In this document: one piece after another, positions 27,985-34,067 of the stretch
How the letters are laid out: each line of letters starts with the position of its first letter
Position numbering within the stretch: the first letter of the stretch is position 1
Assembly: GCA_001822215.1 (NCBI GenBank)
Contig: MHQD01000032.1
Span: 1-34,067 of the forward strand
Origin: Candidatus Sungbacteria bacterium RIFCSPHIGHO2_01_FULL_50_25
Lineage (GTDB): Bacteria > Patescibacteriota > Minisyncoccia > Sungbacterales > HO2-52-23
Length of the DNA: 34,067 bases
Reading direction: 5' to 3'
Made by a program: the position numbers and the translations under genes
Notes under the pieces: generated by a model
The model's database searches: none
What the model saw: the letters and a program-made list of their open reading frames with translations, nothing else
Told to the model about the DNA's origin: nothing

Positions 27985-29769
27985 GTGCTTGAAAATACTC
28001 CTTCTCAAGGCATTGGCCGGATGCCCGACGCTGTCGGATATCGCTGGCTGAGGCTCCATAAACTATTGCATATCCCGCGCTTTCTTGATCCTCGTGATCA
28101 GCGAAGGGTATATCTTGTATTTATTGCATGTATTCTTTTTGGCGTTTCTTTTTTTGCGCGCGTCTATATCCGGCTTACGCTGCCGGTCCCCGCTCTTGGG
28201 GGCGCATACCATGAAGGGCTCCTTAAAACCCCACGCGCAATCAATCCGGTCTATGCATCGACGAACGACACCGACCGTGATTTTGCAAAACTCGTGTTTT
28301 CCCGCATTCTCACCTATGACGGGAACGGAAACATAGTGCTCGATCTTGCAAAGCAATATGAAATGAGCGCAGACGGAAAGACCTATATGGTAACGCTCCG
28401 TGAAAATGCGTACTGGCATGACGGGAAAAAAGTGACGGCAGAAGATGTTCTTTTTACAATTTCCATGATCCAAAACCCTTCCTATAAAAGCCCATTTATC
28501 GCAAACTGGCAGGGTGTCGAAATAAAAAAAATCGATGAATACACGGTTCAGTTCACGCTCCGGACGCCATACGTCCCGTTTCTCGAAAACCTGACGGTCG
28601 GGATATTGCCGCGCCATATATGGAAAGACGTCCGCCCGGAACAAGCGCTTCTGCACGAACAAAACCTCCAGCCGATAGGATCGGGCCCGTACCGATTTGA
28701 CCGCTTCATAAAGAACGATGACGGCACAATATCCGAGTATCGCTTTGCCTGGAACCCCGATTATTACAGAGAAGGCCCATATATCAGACGATTGACATTT
28801 ACGTTTTATGATTCATTTGAGATGCTCCTCACTGACTGGCGAAAAGGCAAGATTGATGGAATGAGCCCGATATCGAAAAACATAGAAAACGAACTCAACG
28901 AGAATCGGCATTCGCTTTTTTCAATAGAAACGCCTCGGGTATTCGGGATATTCTTCAATCAATCGAAAAACGACGCGCTCCGGGATAAACGAATTCGCGA
29001 GGCGATCGCACGCGCCATCTCACGAGACGCGATCACGGATTACATCCTCGGAGAAGCGACTTCAAAATCAACTCCGTTCCCGCGATTCGGCGAAACAGAG
29101 CCCCGAGGCGACACGCCGACATCGACAATCGTGTATGACCCCGGGAAAGCACGCACACTCCTTGCAGAAGCGGGATATAAAGATGAAAATGGAGACGGAA
29201 TACTTGAAAGAAAGGAAAAAAAGAAGTCGGGGAACAAAACAATCGAATCGGAAACCCCGCTCTCTTTTGTGCTTACAACATCAGACTGGCCCGACCTCTT
29301 GCGCGCCGCAGAAAAAATCCAGCGCGACCTCGCGGCTGTCGGCATTGATATCCAAATCAATACCGTCTCCCTATCTGAACTCGATACTTCGGTAATCCGC
29401 CCCCGTGATTTTGAGATTCTCCTCTTTGGCCACGCATACGGCTATGAACCGGACCCATTCCTTTTCTGGCATACATCGCAGGGAAAAGACCCTGGGCTTA
29501 ATATCGTCCGCTACAGCGATAAAACGTCAGACCGCCTCCTCGAAGAAATCAGAACGCTCCCCGACCGCGGCGAACGGGAGCGCCGCCTCCGCGAGCTGGA
29601 AAAGCGCATCATGCAGGAGCTTCCCATGCTTCCTATTTTTTCCGAAGAATACCTTTATATTCTTCCACGACGCATAAAAGGTATCGACCCAAAAATCATA
29701 TCGCTCCAATCTGACCGTTTTAACGAAGTCAACAGATGGTATATAGATACGAAACGAATCTTTAAGTGA
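27985..29769 (+). CDS. Peptide/nickel ABC transporter substrate-binding protein (family 5)
   Basis: DLAK..SADGKTY..LR..WHDG..TAEDV..T, PIGSGPY; N-terminal TM anchor; exact start uncertain. Confidence 0.9.
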   Translation: MLENTPSQGIGRMPDAVGYRWLRLHKLLHIPRFLDPRDQRRVYLVFIACILFGVSFFARVYIRLTLPVPALGGAYHEGLLKTPRAINPVYASTNDTDRDFAKLVFSRILTYDGNGNIVLDLAKQYEMSADGKTYMVTLRENAYWHDGKKVTAEDVLFTISMIQNPSYKSPFIANWQGVEIKKIDEYTVQFTLRTPYVPFLENLTVGILPRHIWKDVRPEQALLHEQNLQPIGSGPYRFDRFIKNDDGTISEYRFAWNPDYYREGPYIRRLTFTFYDSFEMLLTDWRKGKIDGMSPISKNIENELNENRHSLFSIETPRVFGIFFNQSKNDALRDKRIREAIARAISRDAITDYILGEATSKSTPFPRFGETEPRGDTPTSTIVYDPGKARTLLAEAGYKDENGDGILERKEKKKSGNKTIESETPLSFVLTTSDWPDLLRAAEKIQRDLAAVGIDIQINTVSLSELDTSVIRPRDFEILLFGHAYGYEPDPFLFWHTSQGKDPGLNIVRYSDKTSDRLLEEIRTLPDRGERERRLRELEKRIMQELPMLPIFSEEYLYILPRRIKGIDPKIISLQSDRFNEVNRWYIDTKRIFK

Positions 29770-29776
29770 TACCGAC

Positions 29777-29860
29777 GCCCCCCTGGCGGAACTGGCAGAC
29801 GCGCTAGCTTCAGGAGCTAGTGGGAGAAATCCTGTAGAGGTTCAAATCCTCTGGGGGGCA
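29777..29860 (+). tRNA. tRNA-Leu (CAG)
   Basis: GCCCCCC/GGGGGGC acceptor, CTAGC-TTCAGGA-GCTAG anticodon arm, variable arm, GGTTCAAATCC; followed by CCG, not CCA. Confidence 0.95.
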
Positions 29861-29956
29861 CCGCATCATTATTAACCTAATTTTTTATTTCCGAATAGTT
29901 GCCGATATCACGAACGATTTTTTCTTGATTGTCGGAACGTATTCGCATACACACTG

Positions 29957-31717
29957 ATGCATAGAAAACCGTCATATCACGAGGGACGGCGCCATCTACG
30001 CCGGCCCTCCCTCATGCGAGGGCAATCCCATGGACCCATTCCCGGTTCGCGGGGCGACCTTCGATTTATCCCGCTGGGTGGCTGCGGAGAGGTCCAGCGT
30101 TCGACCTATGTTTACGAATACAATGACGATATTGTGATTATCGACATGGGTCTCCAATTCCCGGATGAAGACATGCCGGGAATAGATTATTTAATCGCAA
30201 ACGTCGAGTACCTGAAGCCGAGAAAGAAAAATATCCGCGGGATCATTATCACCCACGGGCATTACGACCACTTCGGGGCAATCCCGCATCTCTTGGATTC
30301 TCTCGGGAACCCGCCGATATTTGCAACCGCGCTCACGCGGGGCATGATCATGAAGCGGCAGGAAGATTTTAAGCACCTCCCGAAGCCGAGAATCGAACTC
30401 ATCACCACGGAGTCAAAAGTGCGTCTCGGAAATTTCCTTGCCGAGTTCTATCACATAAACCACAACATCCCGGATTCGGTCGGCGTCGTGCTTCGGACGC
30501 CCGTGGGAACGGTTGTGCATACGGGCGACTTTAAGTTTGACCCCCAGCCCGTTTCAGAGGCAACCGCGGATCTTCACAGAATTGCTGAGATCGGCCATCA
30601 GGGAGTTCTTTTGCTCGTATCGGAGTCAACGGACGCCGACTCTCCCGGACATCAAATATCGGAAACAGAGGTCCAGAAAACGATTGAAGAAATATTCAAG
30701 GTGGCGCCCGGCAGGATCATTGCGGCAACATTCGCCTCACTCATTACCCGCCTCCAACAGCTCATCTGGCTTTCTGAAAAATATGGAAGAAAGGTTGCGC
30801 TCGAAGGGTTTTCAATAAAGCAAAATGTCGCAGTCGCGCAGGAACTCGGATATCTCAAGGTGCGCAAGGGAACGATCATAGACACAAAAGACATCCATCG
30901 CTATAAAGAGAGTGAAATTACGATCCTCTGCACCGGCGCGCAAGGCGAGGACCGCGCGGCCTTGATGCGGATTGCAAATAATGAACATCGCCTCATCACT
31001 ATCCAGCCAAAAGACTCGGTAGTATTCTCTTCTTCCGTCATCCCGGGGAATGAAAACTCGGTCCAGCGCTTGAAAGACACACTCTACAAGCGAGCGGGCA
31101 AGGTTTACCACTACGCGACAATGGACATCCACTCCGGAGGCCATGCAAAGCAAGACGAACTCACCCAAATGATAAAGCTCACAAAGCCGAAATACATGAT
31201 TCCGATCCACGGAAACTACTTTATGCTCAAAATCCATTCAGAGCTTGCCGAAAAAGCCGGAATCCCGAAAGAGCGGATCATAATTGCGGAAGACGGCGAG
31301 ATCGTCTCAATGAACCGTGAAGGAATCAGAAAGCTCAAAGAAAGAGCGCCGACCGACTATGTCATGGTTGACGGCCTTGGCGTGGGCGACGTAAAAGAGG
31401 TTGTTATCCGCGACCGCCAGCACTTGGCAGAAGACGGCATTTTCGTCATTATTACGATAGTTGACGCGAAAACCGGGAAGGTAAAAACAAGCCCGGATAT
31501 CATCTCCCGCGGCTTCATATACCTCAAAGAGTCCCAAGAGCTCCTCCGCGAAGTAAGAAAGCGCACACGGACCATTGTCGAAGGCCTTACAACGGGCCCA
31601 ACGCGCCCTATTGACTGGAATTATGTCAAAGACGAGGTTCGCGAAAAAATCGGGCAGTTTCTCTTCAACAAAACCGCGCGTCGCCCAATGGTATTGCCCG
31701 TAGTAATTGAAGTATGA
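29957..31717 (+). CDS. rnj: Ribonuclease J
   Basis: IPLGG, HGHYDH metallo-beta-lactamase motif, HTGDFK, HSGGHA, PIHG, RRPMVLPV. Confidence 0.96.
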   Translation: MHRKPSYHEGRRHLRRPSLMRGQSHGPIPGSRGDLRFIPLGGCGEVQRSTYVYEYNDDIVIIDMGLQFPDEDMPGIDYLIANVEYLKPRKKNIRGIIITHGHYDHFGAIPHLLDSLGNPPIFATALTRGMIMKRQEDFKHLPKPRIELITTESKVRLGNFLAEFYHINHNIPDSVGVVLRTPVGTVVHTGDFKFDPQPVSEATADLHRIAEIGHQGVLLLVSESTDADSPGHQISETEVQKTIEEIFKVAPGRIIAATFASLITRLQQLIWLSEKYGRKVALEGFSIKQNVAVAQELGYLKVRKGTIIDTKDIHRYKESEITILCTGAQGEDRAALMRIANNEHRLITIQPKDSVVFSSSVIPGNENSVQRLKDTLYKRAGKVYHYATMDIHSGGHAKQDELTQMIKLTKPKYMIPIHGNYFMLKIHSELAEKAGIPKERIIIAEDGEIVSMNREGIRKLKERAPTDYVMVDGLGVGDVKEVVIRDRQHLAEDGIFVIITIVDAKTGKVKTSPDIISRGFIYLKESQELLREVRKRTRTIVEGLTTGPTRPIDWNYVKDEVREKIGQFLFNKTARRPMVLPVVIEV

Positions 31718-32715
31718 TACCTGCGGAAAAATCCAAAAAACAAATCCTCCTAAGCGGCGTACAGCCATCCGGAAATTTCCACATCGGGAACTATTTGGGT
31801 GCAATAAAACAATGGGTGGAAATGCAAAAAACCCACCGCGTATTTGCCATGATCGCGGACCTGCACGCAATCACCATCCCCCAGGAGCCCGAAATACTCT
31901 ACAAAAATACCCTTGGCGTTGCAAAACTCCTGCTTGCCTGCGGCTTAGACCCAAAAAAGTCAGTTATCTTCGTCCAGTCGCAAATCCCCGCGCATACGGA
32001 GCTCGGATGGATTTTAAACACTCTTACTCCGATTGGAGAGCTCGAACGAATGACACAGTTTAAAGAAAAAAAAGAAAAAGCCGGAGTGCTTGCGGGACTC
32101 TTAAACTATCCCACACTCATGGCGGCCGACATTCTTCTTTATAACTCCGATATTGTTCCTGTGGGCGAGGACCAAATCCAACATATTGAGCTTACGCGGA
32201 CCCTCGCACGGAAATTCAATGCGCGCTTCGGCGAAACGTTCAAAGAGCCGAAAGAATATGTTTTGAAAGAAACCAGCCGCGTCATGGCGCTCGACGACCC
32301 GACGAAAAAAATGTCAAAATCCTCGGCAAATCCGGCGAGTTACATTGCGCTTTTGGACGAGCCCGAAACCATTCGGAAAAAAATCCAGATTGCGGTTACG
32401 GATTCAGGAAAAGAAGTTGCGTACGACGAGATAACAAAACCCGCAATCTCAAACCTCATGCGGATATATAGCGCATTCTCCGGAATTGGCCTCAAGGAAA
32501 TCGAGGCAAAATTTTCCGACAAGGGGTACGGCGAATTCAAGCACGACCTTGCAGATGTTATGGTAGGCGCCCTTACACCAATACAAAAACGCTACAGCGC
32601 GCTCACCGAAGCGAGTGTAAAAACCGTACTCAAAAAAGGTCAAAAAGCCGCGGCAAAGATCGCGGATAGAACCCTTACCGAAGCAAAGAAAAAAGCCGGA
32701 TTTCTTGCGACATAA
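31714..32715 (+). CDS. trpS: Tryptophan--tRNA ligase
   Basis: SGVQPSG, HIGN, YPTLMAADI, VGEDQ, KMSKS; ATGA overlap with rnj. Confidence 0.98.
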   Translation: MIPAEKSKKQILLSGVQPSGNFHIGNYLGAIKQWVEMQKTHRVFAMIADLHAITIPQEPEILYKNTLGVAKLLLACGLDPKKSVIFVQSQIPAHTELGWILNTLTPIGELERMTQFKEKKEKAGVLAGLLNYPTLMAADILLYNSDIVPVGEDQIQHIELTRTLARKFNARFGETFKEPKEYVLKETSRVMALDDPTKKMSKSSANPASYIALLDEPETIRKKIQIAVTDSGKEVAYDEITKPAISNLMRIYSAFSGIGLKEIEAKFSDKGYGEFKHDLADVMVGALTPIQKRYSALTEASVKTVLKKGQKAAAKIADRTLTEAKKKAGFLAT

Positions 32716-32717
32716 AA

Positions 32718-32789
32718 CGCTCCTACCGGGAATCGAACCCGGGTTACCAGGATGAGAACCTGGCGTCCTAACCACTAGACGATAGGAGC
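32718..32789 (-). tRNA. tRNA-Glu (CTC)
   Basis: GCTCCTA acceptor, CCAGG-TTCTCAT-CCTGG anticodon arm, GGTTCGATTCC; CCA not encoded. Confidence 0.95.
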
Positions 32790-32830
32790 AGAATCACTCG
32801 AAATTCTACGGGAAAAATCACAAAAAATCA

Positions 32831-32877
32831 ATCCTTCGAGGCTTCGACTGAACTCAGCCGAAGTCCAAGCTCAGGAT
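32831..32877. repeat. Nested REP-like palindromes
   Basis: ATCCTTCGA[GGCTTCGACTGAACTCAGCCGAAGTC]CAAGCTCAGGAT. Confidence 0.65.
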
Positions 32878-32896
32878 AAAGAAAAAAGACCGCCGG

Positions 32897-33139
32897 TTAT
32901 TGGCGGTACGCGAACTCGGGATCCCTGTCATACCAGTGCGCTGAGTTCCGATTGCCGTTTCCGGATGGCTCGATGAACGGCTTAGCGCATAGCTCGCCGA
33001 CTTTGCGATTGCATTGCGGGCAATATTTTCCATCGTTGCGGCGGACAAGATGCACTGACTTCGGCTGTTTACAGTACTGGCATCGGGCCCATGTATGCGT
33101 ATCAATCCATTCTGCAAGTTCCCAGCCGGAAAGATTCAC
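32897..33139 (-). CDS. Small hypothetical protein with two CxxC pairs (zinc-ribbon-like)
   Basis: CQYC...CPQC; fills the gap downstream of murF; TATACT about 50 nt upstream. Confidence 0.55.
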   Translation of the reverse strand: MNLSGWELAEWIDTHTWARCQYCKQPKSVHLVRRNDGKYCPQCNRKVGELCAKPFIEPSGNGNRNSAHWYDRDPEFAYRQ

Positions 33140-33231
33140 CCCGCGCCGCTATCTGGCATCGCAGTCTCCAAAAGGTTCTTTCTCCAGTATAGCGCCAGCT
33201 ATCCCTTTTGCGTTTTAAGATATGCACAGGC

Positions 33232-34067
33232 CTACGCTTTCTTCCAATAATCTTCCTGCCTCACAAGAAGTTTTTTTGCATGCTCCCGATTCGCCATGAT
33301 TTCTTCAACGATTTTTTCCATCCGAATACCCTGGCTTCCTTTGATTAAAACGGCATCGCCCGGCCGGAGAAGGGATTCAAGCATTTTCCCGGCTGATATC
33401 GCATTTGCGAACGAAAACACTTTCTCTACGCCGCCACGGCTTTTTGCCTTTCGAAGCAATTTCATTTCTTCGCCAATGAGACGCGCCTGAGGGCCGACGG
33501 TGAGGAGAATGTCAACGTATGAGCCGACCATGCGGCCGATTTCGCGATGCGCTTCTTCGGAATATCGCCCAAGCTCAAGCATGTCGCCCAATACCGCGAT
33601 TTTCCTCTTTGCAAAAAGCGACTCAAGGAGTAAAAGTGCTTCTCGCATTGATTCCGGAGCCGCGTTATATGTGTCGTCAATAATAAGCGTGTGCTTTATC
33701 CCCGAAAGAATCCTCAAACGTCCCTGCGGCGGCGCATACTCCGCAAGCGCGGAAACAATCTCGCCGATATCCATCCGCATGAGAATGCCTACAAGCGCGG
33801 CCGCGCCAGCGGCATAGAGCTGGGGCGCGCCGAGGGCTGAAGGCAAAAACACCTGCGTCACTGCGCCTTTGTATTGAATCTTAAATGAAAGCCCGGCGGG
33901 CACGCGGCCGAATTCCTCATCGTTTTTCATGCGAAGCTCGGAATTCATAATCCGAAAATCCGCTTCAAGCGATTTTCCGAACGTGAGCACGCGCGCCGCA
34001 GTACGCACGCGCATTGCGCGCACGGCCGGATCATCCTGGTTCAGGAGCGCGTATCCGTCCGAGGGAA
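33232..34067 (-). CDS. murF: UDP-N-acetylmuramoyl-tripeptide--D-Ala-D-Ala ligase, 3' part (start beyond window)
   Basis: GRL, IIDDTYNAAPES, VLGDMLELG, LIKGSQ. Confidence 0.94.
   Translation of the reverse strand, partial: PSDGYALLNQDDPAVRAMRVRTAARVLTFGKSLEADFRIMNSELRMKNDEEFGRVPAGLSFKIQYKGAVTQVFLPSALGAPQLYAAGAAALVGILMRMDIGEIVSALAEYAPPQGRLRILSGIKHTLIIDDTYNAAPESMREALLLLESLFAKRKIAVLGDMLELGRYSEEAHREIGRMVGSYVDILLTVGPQARLIGEEMKLLRKAKSRGGVEKVFSFANAISAGKMLESLLRPGDAVLIKGSQGIRMEKIVEEIMANREHAKKLLVRQEDYWKKA

Overview
A 34-kb, mostly housekeeping window of a small-genome bacterium. Gene content and style suggest Patescibacteria/CPR (Parcubacteria-like), which is an inference. Genes in order: a partial repetitive surface protein, tRNA-Ser, htpX, CorA-family transporter, cysS-dnaB-recR, rplU, a hypothetical membrane protein, rmuC, an SLT/lysozyme-like protein, PMM/PGM, ychF, a DUF5317-like protein, rpsF-ssb-rpsR, recA, an HTH protein, ftsK, rpoC, rpoB, a 4-TM holin-like protein, secG, a peptide ABC substrate-binding protein, tRNA-Leu, rnj, trpS, tRNA-Glu, a small CxxC protein and partial murF. 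The main signal is a family of tiny (68-113 bp) non-coding, highly base-paired insertion elements. They have terminal inverted repeats (Y)CCCGTTAGA...TCTAACGGG(R) and 4-bp Y-N-N-R target duplications. There are four complete copies and three remnants, and no transposase in the window. One copy sits in frame inside ychF (+24 aa), one sits in the ssb start codon and regenerates its ATG, one interrupts a tRNA-Ser relic, and one lies upstream of htpX. Other points of interest: a probable CTG start for PMM/PGM, an SLT-like gene with a start/frame anomaly behind a structured leader, a ~320-nt folded intergenic region, nested REP-like palindromes and a candidate rpoBC attenuator.
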